Below, one piece after another: positions 50,901-64,000 of a stretch of 64,000 nt of DNA. A model generated the notes under the pieces. That model was not told the DNA's origin. It made no database searches and worked only from the letters and a program-made list of their open reading frames with translations. Made by a program: the position numbers and the translations under genes. The stretch's first letter is position 1; every line of letters starts with the position of its first letter. The stretch covers positions 19,575,700 through 19,639,699 of the forward strand of contig OZ037768.1 in assembly GCA_964035545.1 (NCBI GenBank), given 5' to 3'. The stretch is from Bugula neritina. Lineage: Eukaryota; Animalia; Bryozoa.

Positions 50901-53900
50901 ACCAGTGAGAAACACGGCAATAATGTTTTAATAATGGAACAGGTGCGACTATGTGCAGTCAATATTATCCATATCCTGTAGATAGGTTGTTTTGATGCAG
51001 TTTTCAATTATAAATTTTATATTCAATTCGATATAATTTGTAACAGTTCTCTGACTAACTAAATCTTGTTTTACTTAATTATGGAATTTTTAACTTTTAT
51101 AAATCAACATGCTTTGCTAATTCCTATAATATGCAATACTATATATGATGTCTTAAGGACATCAGTTTTATATTAATTGTTGTTTACCACCAGAACGTAG
51201 AGAGCATGAAAAGAAACATAAAGATGCCTCTAAGCATACTCCCGTCTGCACAGGCTGATGCAGACGCTGCCACCTTACAGCGTCTTGGGACCATGTACCC
51301 TTTTGACCCTCTTGGCATCGTAGGTCAGATTAAAGCACTATCCCAGCAGCAGGTTTGTATTCAGCATTTTCATTAGGTTTTACAGCATTTTTTAAATTAT
51401 ATTGATGTAAGCTACATTTACATTTTATCTGAATTTTAATTATTTTACACAATATAGGTTATACTTTATTAGCTATTTAAAATTAATAAAATGATATAAA
51501 AAATGCAAAACAAAAAAATTAAGTTTATTTAATGACTAAGGTGTCTTGTGAAAAAAAGCTATGGCTATATCACATATAATCTCAATTCGAGCCTGAGTTC
51601 TATTATATACTATATTTAAAGGGAGGAGATGGGCTTTGTGGTGCCCTTGATGAGACTATTGCCTACAACTCTTTGAGGTCTAAGAATATATATGGCTGTG
51701 TCATCTGCAACGTTTTCACCACTGATGATTTAACTCAGCTGGAGGAACATATCAATATTGACAGAAGTGCTGCCAGCACGGCAGACCAAATCACGGTGAC
51801 TACCGTCAACAACGTCACTAACTACCTGTGCAACTTGTGCGAATACACCACTACATTGAAAGCCAATTTTCAACTTCATCGAAAGGTTTGACCCTTAAAT
51901 TAGTTTTACCAATTATTGGGTAAACTTTTTTGTTTGTTCATCTAAAAAGAATGTTTTATGGAAAACCTTTAATGTTATTTTCAACAAATGATTATGAAAG
52001 TAGAAGACTGGAAATACTGAATTAGCATGTATATTTTAATGATCAGGAAAGAAACTTGTCCAGTTTGGTTTTTGTTTTGTATCAACTAATTGTTTTGAAA
52101 GAATTCCCACGTTGCTAATATAGCGACCTCCACTAAGCTTGCAACATATATTGGAAGGACACTTGCATTGCCTGACCTCTGCATTCAGATAATTAATAGT
52201 CTAGCATAATTAGAAGGGCTGCAATGACTTGCAGAAAGAATTCTTTGATATGACCAACATAATTATTACTAATTATAAATGATTTGCTTTTGCCTTGCTT
52301 GTTTCAAGAGATTAAATTGACTTCTCATGTGACTAGAAGTTGATCTTTGTAAGGCGTAACCTGGTTTCTTCGGATTTGTCTCAACTGGGGGGGATGTGTA
52401 TCACATTTATATCATAGTAATAGCTCTCTTGGGAGGCAATATTTAGTCAGACCAGGAAAGATAAATGATGTTAATAATAGATAATTAATTGCTGCTAGTT
52501 AGGCAACTGTTGTACACTAATACAGCTTGTAGTTTGTCACTGAATTCTACTAATGAGGATATAATTATTCCGAGCTATCATGTTTAATTACAGCATGTAA
52601 TTGTAGAAAGAACCTTTGCTATTTTCCCTCAGAATCGGAATCTAGTGACAGGGTAGAGTAGTAACACATCAACTGACCGCTGGGATATATTTGAAGCTAT
52701 TGAGACCCACCAGTTTCTAAATTCTAAGAAAAATACCGCAAGATTATTTGCTGACAAACGCTCATTTCTATCAAATGCTTACTTGATTTTCTAATTTCAT
52801 TTTTTTAACTAGAGTATCAGTAGGAAAGGGTTGCAAAAGCTCTCCATACACTTATAATAAATCATGGGAAGGTCATTAGGCTATTCATTTTGAACTAGAT
52901 ATAAGAGGACTATGGGATTTTTTTCATACTGTTGACACTGCTAATCATCACTTAGCTTACAGGCGACAGCTTCAGTCATTAATTATCATCTGAAATTAGG
53001 ATGATCACTTTTTTAACTATTTGATAAGTGTATTATGTTCTAGAGATGAGGCAAGCTGTACAATATACTCTTATGGCTTGTGTACACACACCGATCCCTA
53101 GCACAAACATCATCATGTTGTATAAATATTGAAAAATTTCAAGAGTTTATTACTTTATTAAACATAGTGGCATTATCAGTAAACTGCCAACCAACACATC
53201 ACCCTTAGAATTGACAGTCTTCTTGCCCTTTTATACTATGAGCAAGTCTTAAAATTTTTAAGTATGGAATCAAAATTACATTTCACTACAAATCTTTAGC
53301 CAGGGTTGTTTGATGACAAACTTTTTTCTCAAAATTTAAGCTGTAATTCGATGTATATCCAAATAGCTTTTATTTTTGTATAACCCCCCCTCTCCCCCTA
53401 CAGATGATTTAGTTTTACTATAAACATATTTTAAAGATATTAAATACATGTCAGTATGATTTCTATTAAAATCCTTTATTTTTTTTAATTTTTATTTATA
53501 ATTTACATGCAGCATTTGTTTTTGTTTACACGTTGTTATTTAAATATATTTTGGTTTCTTTACTACCTTCAACAGCTGTATTTGTAAACAGAATGTTATA
53601 ACTTTATAAACCTGATATAACTTTCTATAACATGTTTTATAGACTGATAAGCATGTGCAAAGAGTACAACTGGTCAATCACATCAAGGAAGGTGGACATG
53701 AGAATAGCTGGAGAATAAAGTACATCAACATGCCAAACCCAATTCATATTGTCTGCAATGTGTGCAATTACCAATCCAACAGCACTCATAAGGTGAGTAT
53801 TACTTTGCCATGTCTTATTTTCTCTCTTTATATCGTTCAACTAATTCTGTGTGCTGCTTTTTTTGATTATCAGGTCAATAGAAGCCGAGCTAATAAAGAG

Positions 53901-56900
53901 CTGGTTGATTTTCAGTCACTACTCATAGTTTATCTTCAAAGTTTCCAATGACCTCAAAACTTCTCCAAACCTGCAACCAGATAACTTATTTTTATTCTGC
54001 TGTTCACAGTGATATGTAATGCTTGCAATGAACAAGTTTAGATTGTACCTTTAGAAATTTCAATTTTGTTTTCTTTCATAATTTTGGTAATATTGGCACA
54101 GTGGGAGAAGATGACTAGGTTTATTTCGTTAATTTTGATCTTCAAACTAACTTACTGTTCATATATAAAGCAGATGTAGGCTGACTATGATGCTGCATTT
54201 ACTATATTGCTGACTGATAATTATAGATGGGTGTCCACTCCTTACCACTGAGCCACCGGATTGGTGTGTCTTTGTTTCTCTACCTAAGAAGAGCCAATGA
54301 GTCAACAACTAGCTACTTATATGTATGTGGAGTCTGTCAAGCTGTAGAAAAGAGCAAAGTTTCAATGGTAGTTTTTCTAACTTCTACTGAGCTTTTGATA
54401 GTTTTTTTTTTTGCTTAGTTAAATTGCAAAAATATGCATTTTGATTGTAGAATATTTTTACCCAGCGTTGCCATGACTGTGAATTCAGTTTATTCATAAG
54501 TACTGCTAATTTATGACAGTTTGTAGAGTGATAATATTATTGTATTTATATTGGGACTTATTCTAAATGCACTGCACTTTTCAATGTTGGTTTAGTGTTT
54601 TGTGGATACACAGTGTGGTGCTGTACTTTTCCACTTCTCTAATTAGTGCTGCAGTGCATGGAGGTATTAGTAGTATTGTACTATAAATGTGCAGAACTGT
54701 AACAAGACAATAATGCCAAAAGGCCTGAAATTTCTATCTATTTCACTGCCAGACCTATCGATATTACCAATACATGTATATTTACAGATAACTCATGTAA
54801 GAACTCAACACGCTTCTCAGCTGGAACAGCTGTGTAATGAAGGATGGCAGAATTTCTCCGTCAAACCACAGCTTACAGAGTCCTCAGATGTTTCAAGTAA
54901 GTATTGAAACTGGAATGTTCTAGTTTATAGTAACAGTTAATGCCAAGCTGTAATTGGTAAATATTAAAGGAAACAGATATTTTAGGCATAATAGTGTTAT
55001 GCTTAAAATATCTTCTGTTTAGTGTAGACCAAAAACATACCTGTGCTACTAATCAGCAAGATTTGTGATTTCTGCCAGGTAATAATAATTATCACATCCT
55101 AGTCTATTCTCTGTTGAGTTCATTTGGCACCATCTCAAACTGCTCAGTCTGCCTAAGTCAACAGTCGACAGCCAAGCGTTTTCCTGTAATGCTGTACCAT
55201 AGAGACATAATATACAAAATTCATTTATTTTATTATTATGAGTAGTGGCCATCATCAATAACCACTGCAAACTACGATTTTTGGCAACTAGAGAAGGTGC
55301 CTGTTCCCAATACTAACTAATCTAGAATAAAGCTATTTATAACTGCTTCAAATTACCTGGTCAAGTGATCAACAGCAGCTCTGCTTCATTACTATGCACT
55401 TATATACTTAGGGCAAAGTCATTTATAAAATTGTTTTGAGTCTTTTTTGTTCTAAAATATGTGTGAAGATATTGTAAACTTAGTGATGAATGACATCACA
55501 CAATGCTCAGCTGACATATTGCCCTACTTTCAGAGTGTGTAGAGCTAGAGATGTCAATGTTCATTAAACTATGCTTTGTGACTAGTCTAACAATATTTTC
55601 TCTACATGTTTATAGTATTGTCAACAGTTTATATACATTAGTTCTTAGCTTCTATAGTACCTACAGGAAAATTTTTTGCCAAGGTTGACAACTCCCAGCT
55701 TAAAACTGACACCAGCAGGGTACTGCTAGTGACAAGTCTAGCGCCCTGTTGCTGATGTTTGTTTATTCATTTAAGTTGTATTTAGTGGTCATGGACAAAT
55801 TGAGTTAATATGCTGTATGCTGGGAGACCTCTTGAGACTGTATAATTAGTTAACTAACTACTAACAACCCCTGCTACAGTTTAGTGACATGCTACAAGAT
55901 CACTGAATACTGTAGCTTATGAAGATGTTTAACAGGTGTGACACTTTAACATCCACAGCAAAGTATAATATTTGAGGTTTTAGTAATTACATAACTTCTT
56001 TCTAAGTTATCATTTACTTGTTTATCATACTGAAAAAGGATAGTTCTAGAGTGACTTAATTATACATTATATATCTTCAAGTTTTAGTCAAATCTGTTGT
56101 CATAGTGACCGTTTGTAATTAGACTACCTCCTGGTAACACCACAGTTAATTATTTAGCAGAATGAAGGACGTGTTGACTTAATTTTTATTCAGAGTTATG
56201 TAATTATTTGCTTAGTCTCCATCATGGAGGTGCAACTTTAGTAAATAGTGACACTTTCAACAGACAGTTGGCTGTCTAGCCCCTTGCAATTAATCATCTA
56301 CACGCAGCCAGACTATATATAGCTTCATTTGGTGGTTTCTCTTTTCCCTGGACTTTAGAAATCTGAAAATTTTTAAATAAGATGGAATTGAATTTAATAA
56401 ATAGTTTTTAGTTTGGCTATCAGAATTTCATTTCGTTTAAATGCTCAGACATGTTGCTAATGACTTGCCAGAGTATGAGGATTTCTCTCTGAATACTCTC
56501 GTCTTATGTAATCTCACTCATGCACTAATAATGTGTTTTTGAAGTTCTCTTTGAACATCAAAACAGGCTAATGCTAGTTTATTGTTGGTGCTTAATGGCT
56601 AGAAAGTATAATTTGGGACTTTAATAATGCAGGTGGCATTTAATTGTTAAATCTCTATTTGTCTGTAATCAGGCTTAGTGTTTCAACCGAATTTTGTCTT
56701 TTAGTGTTACGTTGTTCGAAGGTTGAGTGCTTTCAAGTAGAGCTCCTCTTTTCTTCTAAGAATCTTTATTATGCAACATTAATTGCATGTTTCACTGGCT
56801 GATTCTTAACTTGTCTCCTTGCATGTGGATGAAACTTAAGATCAGGCTTGCAGATGACTTCATAATTAAATGGGAATGTTGAGTATTATAAGTTAATGGA

Positions 56901-59900
56901 GGCCATCCTGCCTAACATTGCTGAATAATTAGTAACTTAATTGCTTAAAAATCAGTGTCATATCTATTACACATATTAACATCTTGAATCTGTTACCTAA
57001 TATTAAGCTAGTGATTTAGCTGGGCTCTAGCCTAACTACCCGACTCTGCCTCTTTGTCAAAGAGCTGAGTCTATGCACCTGTAACAGCCAGTTATTGTTC
57101 AGGGGCATAAAAAAGAGGCATCGAATAATTGGATATATTTTTTATGTAGCCCATGCTGCAGAGATGTCACACTAACTTAACCTTTCTATTTAGCAACTAT
57201 TCTTGCATAATTGAGAAGGTTTCGTGTCTGCTTTATATAAATCTTTTAATTAGCCACTCCGCTCTTGACATAACCTATATATGTAGAGTTTCATCGGCTG
57301 CCACTGCTCTTCTAATGTGCTATTATTAACAACATATTTATTTAATTCTCCACATTACCAGTGCTATGAAATGTCACCAAAGTTCACTTTTGCTAATATT
57401 GTTTACTGGATCAGAGAAATTTGAGCTAATTGCAATATTCCAATCTAGTTAGTTCGGTGTAGTCACTATGAATATGTTATGGAGTTATGATACCTCGGCT
57501 CTGCATAATATGTATTAACTATTCAACTTCTATTTCTTTCTAGGTAAAAATGTGAAAGAGAGTCACAGCGCAAGCACTAAACCAGGTATTACCTTTACCT
57601 TTACCATCCAGCAACTTAATTTGAATATCTTTAGGTTCTGTAGATAGCTGTAAGTTTTGTAGATGCAGTGCTTTTTTAGTTTGGTGTTTTTTCACTTAAT
57701 TGTTTTACCTGAGATCAAGCCATAACAGAAAGGAAAACCTTACATATTATTTTGACAAGAACTAAAATCTCTACTAGATAACTGATTTTGAAGCTCATTC
57801 TAGCTTTTCATTTTAATAAAGTTGATAGACATTCACATTACCTCATAGCATTACTTAAATAAACATATATAGATACCCTGCCTTCTAGAATGCTTTAGAC
57901 AGTTTGATTTCTTAATGGATAACTTTCTAATCATGCATGTGAGGTAGAACCAGAACTTTATCCTAAAGAGATAATTCCAGTAGGTGTTTGTAGTGTAGAC
58001 TGTGACAGATGCATTCTAAACCCATACCCTAAACCAGAAATTATAAAGTCCCTGAAAACCTACATTTTAGTTTTTAATAAATTCCATTATTGAATAAGGT
58101 GTACACCAGCATTTGGTTCTTCTGTTATGATTGCTGCATTCAACAAGTTCACCTGAAAAATGAAAAAATGGTTAATTGCTCTCTACCTGTGTTGTAAAAA
58201 CTGCCATCACATTAACATCTAAATTACCTAGTGTAGGTTCCATATTTTTTATAGAATAGTGTAAGTTAATAGTTTAAGATATTTACTTCTGCTGCTATTT
58301 AATGAACATTTTTAAATAATTAAAAGCTTTCATTTAATATCTTCATTCTGTAATTTAAACTGATATTTTGGCGAACTGATTAATTTTTCAAAAGACAAAT
58401 GAACAGATACATCACGCAAAATTATAAATGTCAGTTTGGATGGTCTAGGTGATGCATTAGAACTTTCGATTGATGGTTGATCTGAAAAACAATTATTCCA
58501 TTAACGACAGTTTTAATCAATTCATCAACAGCTGGAGCTGATTATATTGGGTAGCATTTCCTTTGAATTCTGTGAACATTTAAAAATGGATCTCTTAATA
58601 TCACTATTTTATGGCCATTAACAAGTTTTGGCAATTAGTAGATTACAGCTTCAGTTTCAATATACATAACTTTAATTACTCAACTCAAAGTTATGGCTGT
58701 GCATAATGAAGACAGTTATGTGTCTAAATGTGTAGAGAAAACGCATCCGTGTGCCATTCTCCGCTGCCCTTACTGCTCCCACTCGACAACTGAGAAGGCG
58801 TTGCTAGAGGAGCATATCACCAGTGTACACCAGCATGTAGCCTGTCCTCTTTGTGCTGCTTTACTGTCCGATGTGGGGCGTCTACAGACTCACCTTTCAG
58901 AAGCCCATAATGTCAGCAGAGATAGAGCTACAAAACTGATTGAAATGACTGAAACTTGGAAATCCAGCACTGATGACAGTTAGTGCCATTTTCTAGCTTT
59001 AAGAAGTTATTTTCTCACTATGAGTTGATATTGTGAGAGCAACTCCTAATCTTTGCAATACATGATTGTAGAGAGCAATGAGCAAGAATATAGATGTCAA
59101 ACATGTACTGAAAGCTTTAAAAGTGTTGAAGAATTATACAAGCATCAATCTGAACAAGGTACTTACATTTATGCACTTACATGTATGCACTTACATGCAC
59201 ACTTACTTACACACATGGAGAAGCTTTATTGTTATTCATCAACAACAAATAGTGTTAAAAACTATTCAAAACTCCATTTACTTGAGTTAATTTTTGTCTT
59301 TCAATTTTTAATTTCACTCTGAAGACTGTATCATTTTAAACACTTCAAAATGCACCAACATTTGATATTTCAAAAGCATATTATGTAATTTGGTTTTTAG
59401 AGTTTTTACTAGTTATACCAGTATAATTGAAATACTTATGCCTTTCTATATTTCAATAAAAATGTAAGGAAAAACATTGTAGCATATTTTGATGACAATA
59501 TTCTTCAGTGCTATTAAATATTCCTGCATAGGAGTGCTACTTTCAGGTCACAAAGAGAGGCAAAACCTGGCAGCTAACCAAGGATATCTTTGCTGGAAGA
59601 AGGGCTGCAATCAGTACTTCAATTGCATTGAAACTCTACAAACCCATTTTAAAGAAATTCATGGCAAGCCCTTGTCAAACAACTCAGACTGTAAAAAGAA
59701 TTTGGTATGATGTCATGTCTCTTTTACCAGCACCAGCATTTTGAAATTACGTTGCTTGTTGGTTTATACTCAAGTATATTATATAGACTATTAGTTTATT
59801 TATTCAACTATAGGTTTCATGCTGTAGAGTACATTTTGGACATAATTTCTATAAAAATTCAAAAAGTTTGCATGGTATGCATAATGAAATATGGAAATTG

Positions 59901-62900
59901 TTCTGCCCCCATAGAAGAATATGCCTGTTGATTACAGGGTGGCTATTAGTAAAACTTGCTTATAGATTAAGGAATAAATTTATAATTGAATCGTACTGCT
60001 TAATATTGAATGCTTGGCTAACTCAGGTCATTTTGTAATTATTTGTAAGACTAAGGAATGTGACGGTTGGTGCCTAAAGAATGGTGGTTTATACTAGATT
60101 GTGATCAGTACCTCCCTGCTGCCAGCCTCTGTAATAATGGCCTGGTGATCAGATGACTAAATATAGCTGTCAACTGCAAAGACACGATTAATTAATGAAG
60201 TTCTTGTGCACACCAGAACTAATGAAAGCACTTGAGAGTATCTTATCAGCAAGCTTCTTGTACATTTATGCATCTTATGTGAGATTGCCTCTCTGTGCAG
60301 GATAAGGAAGCTGAGCCAGGGCCCAGCGTATCTAATACAGATGATGCAACAGCTCTTCAAGCCAAGTGCTTTCTCTGTAACCATGTGTTCAGAAGCAATT
60401 CGGCTCTAAAGAAACACATAGAGGTGACTCATCAAAGCTCAGAATCACATGCGATGGGGGCCTCTGAAAATGACAGTACTGATAGCTATGGTATGTGCTG
60501 CTCATGTACTTGCAGGTGCTTGCTAGTCTATAACAAACCACTTTTAAAGTAAACCGATGTTAGTAGGAAAAAATTAGAGCTTTAATTTAATTTATGACTC
60601 AGTGCAGTTTTTGTGAGCTAAAGTGTAGTGCAGTTTCAGTTGGGTAATGTTGCCAGTGATATATGTTGTATGATAATTAAACTTGGTAGAGTCTTAAATT
60701 TAGCTATGAGTAGGTGTGCATATGTCATATGCAAAGATAATGCAATATTACCGCGATAATGGGCATGACAATTTTAATTAATTCCATTTAATATTGTTTG
60801 ATTTGGTATAATGCACTTAAAAGATGGCTCCAACCCCTTATAGTTTCCTTTTTATCAGCATATACAATTATGGACATGTGTATAAAACTGTACACCTTTA
60901 CTCCATCATGTTTGTATATCTTTTGGTGTATAATATTCTACAACTAAGAAATTACTTCTCAACGTAATAAATACCAAAGTGAACATCAAAGCCTTTCTCA
61001 TTTTTGTGTTTCAACAATACAATTACGAAAAGTAACTTATTGATTACTCTGTGCTTGAAAGCAAATACCGATTAAAGGTAATAAATTGAAACTTCTTAGG
61101 CAGACTCAAAGGCTGTCAATATTCATAAATTTAATCCAAATGGGTTTACATTATTAATTTGTAACATCAAATTTTTAATGACACTCAGGCATCTATTCTA
61201 AATGTATCCTTTCCCATAAATTAAGTTTAACCCCCCCCCCCCTCCCCTGAAGTATCTTATCAGCTGCTCCCCTCTTTACCAGTCTGACTTCTATTCTTCA
61301 AGCATAGACTTGCTATAAAATATTATATAAAATCATGGATCTAGTAAGTCTATTGTTTTTTATTTATTTACTTTGTACAAAAAAGATTGCTTCTAATTTC
61401 AAAAGCAAAGCTTGTTGAACAAAATTTTAGATTTTCTTTTCTAACTTTGCCAGTATTTTGTTACTGCTAAGAACAAGGTGCACAGTATATATGTTAGACT
61501 AAGGATTCTATTTCACCCTATTCCTTGTTTTCCTCTTCTTCTTGGTTAGTCTAAACATAAATAAAGCTGCGAATATTATTTGTTTAAATTATAGTCTTTT
61601 TACTATCATTTGCTGATCAGTTTTATATGAGAGCAGCAGCTGTTTACATTAATCACTTTTTAAAATATTCAAGAATATTTTGTAGATGATAGAGTAAATG
61701 AAAGTAAAGTGATGACTGGTGGTGCTGAACACAGATCTACTATGATGGACTGTTCAACATATCAGGATGATCCCACGGCTAGCCAGGTATGTATTCCTTT
61801 ATCCACCACTAATGGAAACAAAAGAGACATTTAACAGCTTGGATCCTAATTTTACCAGCCAAATGTTATTAATTACTTCATTCACACCTGCATTTCTTTA
61901 GAAATTATAAAATTATAAATCACTAACTCTCATTAAAAAATATCAAAGGTACTATTTAAATATCTTTACCAAATTAAATATTTCAGCATCCCATTAATAA
62001 ATCTTTAGCTGGAACACAGTGATGGAGCTACTATAGCATAACATTGTAATCCAAATTTGAGTTACCATTAATTATACAGCAATTTTATAGATATAAAACC
62101 AGTAGATACTTGGAGGGGTGACTTTGAGCAAAAAAGTAAATGTCTCATGTGAACTTTTCGTATGAACATATGTTCAATTATTATATTTAACGTAAATCTG
62201 TTTCAGAATTATGATTTTTAATTAACATGAATTTTTAATTCAGTTTTTAATTAACATTTATAATATTGTCATTGCGTTTTAAGACGTTCGTATGTCCTGA
62301 TATAAAGGTGAATTAGTGCAGAAACATGTTCCACACATTGAAGAAATGATAAATTAGTTTTTTCATCTATTTCTGAACTAAGCCAATACCATCTATAATT
62401 TTTATAGTATTGATTTATTCCTTTGTTATATTCAACTTTAAACACTCGAGCTCTTTAGGGTTGCTATTCCCTTAAACAGAGTAGCTACATTTCTGTTTCA
62501 AGATGACTAAATTAATACTAAACTTATTTGCTGTTATTCATTGCCCTATACTTCAGTAACTTAAAAAGTGGTAAATAAGGTGTGAATTGAAGTGTTGCCA
62601 TAAGCCTATATTATTCAGAACTCTAGTCTCTTTGAAACAAACACCATATTTCTGGTTGCAACAGACGAATGCAGGTTATTGCAATTATAAGTATTAAAAA
62701 TAAGGCTTATGCAATTTTCAACTTTAAGGTTCATCATTCTGATAGCAGAATCTTAAGCCTCAACTGTCGGTTTATAGACCTCAAAGTTCAGTACAGAATG
62801 TCCTAACTTAATCAGAAATATAGATTTGAGATTGTTCTTTGGGTTTGAACTTTTTTGTCTCCGTTCCACTTAATATGCAGAATTGAAATATATTCTTGAA

Positions 62901-64000
62901 ATTAATTAATTATCTAAATCTCATGCCAAATAGCTAGCTAACAATCGAGTTCTTTTTATAGCAACTTTATGCAAATTTAAAGTATTTTGGTTAAGGTAGC
63001 TAATTGTAGTTGAGCTGGCTAAACAAGGTTATATTGGTTGCCTATATCATCTATTATACCTAAATTTGAATTAATTTTAAAATATCCTTTTTACTAGCTA
63101 AATACTCCTCTATTGCTACGTTAGTTCTTTGATCTAAATTATGGCTATAATCATTTGAATTTTATTGATGATTTAAATTAATTTGATTCAAGACATGTTA
63201 ATGCTTCACATGACTAATGAGTGACAACATTAATCTGTTGTGCAACCCCAAAGTGAAAGAGAGTAAAAATTTGAATTATTTGTAGCTCATAAGTGCCTGA
63301 TGGCCCATACCTTTCTAAAGCACCAAGGCTATAATAGTAATAGGTTTGTAATGTGAGCTGCCATTTTGATTATCAAAAGATGCAAAAAAATCTTTGTAGT
63401 TGTAATGGGAAAACTTTGACTATAATGAAAATTTATAGTTAGGCATTGGTCCACGTTAATATTTGACTTTTGATCACTGATTTTAGCACTTATAGGTTTA
63501 GTAGTCAGCTTATCTGTTTGGGGTCATCTTTTCTACTACAAAAAGTTTATCTAGCCATTTCTACGCAAAACTACTTCATTTAAGCCCAAATATTGTATTA
63601 AAATTGATTAACTCCACTATGCTACTAAGTATTTAGTCCTTTTAATAGTCATGTATTAGACAAGCTACATTGCCCAATCTGTAAAAGACCGCCAGTAAGT
63701 AATAGCCACTTATATTTTACTTCTTGTATGATATTAAGATATACTATAACTTTCCAACTCAAATTCTTCATTTATAATTAAAATGGTTGCAGCTGGATCT
63801 TTTTAGTTCCTTATAGATCCCTAAAAAGTTTCATTTACCAAACAAGTTGAAACCCTGCAGTTGCTAATGAATTAGTTGCTGAACTCTTGACAACCAAATG
63901 AATCAACTTAATCTGTGAAGTCTCCTTAAACTTGTTTGTTTGTATTATTTACTCCATGGGTTGTTGCAGGCTGAATGCAATAGAGAGAATGGACAAGATG
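47959..64000 (+). CDS. ZFHX4: Zinc finger homeobox protein ZFHX3/ZFHX4 (zfh2/ATBF1) ortholog, N-terminal zinc-finger part; continues beyond the window
   Basis: Exons 47959-49027, 49313-49523, 50103-50277, 50721-50942, 51194-51352, 51622-51885, 53643-53792, 54227-54367, 54788-54896, 57544-57585, 58736-58978, 59072-59158, 59547-59704, 60301-60490, 61686-61786, 63970-. Family signatures: [112 protein letters not shown]. Homeodomains are not reached. Likely co-orthologous to vertebrate ZFHX3 and ZFHX4, so the symbol is nominal. Confidence 0.93.

Overview
AT-rich, intron-rich eukaryotic (invertebrate animal-like) DNA; most ORF-track entries are exon fragments or repeat artefacts. I spliced five genes by hand. 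(1) MRPL12 (-), whose 3' end runs off the left edge. (2) A 35-exon gene (+) for a secreted protein of about 1372 aa built almost entirely of EGF/cbEGF modules. (3) A convergent six-finger C2H2/C2HC zinc-finger gene (-). (4) GFER/Erv1 sulfhydryl oxidase (+), head-to-head with the zinc-finger gene. (5) The 5' part of a ZFHX3/4 (zfh2/ATBF1) gene (+), preceded by about 14 kb of non-coding DNA and running off the right edge. Introns carry minisatellites, MITEs and tRNA-derived SINEs. The best candidate for something new is the EGF-only protein. It has an extra seventh Cys in exactly the second and second-to-last EGF modules, a thrice-repeated exon block with an H-x-A-H motif, isolated two-Cys loops and a YYGYYGYY insert, which together suggest a self-crosslinking matrix or adhesive fibre subunit (inference). 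All models are manual and lack transcript support.
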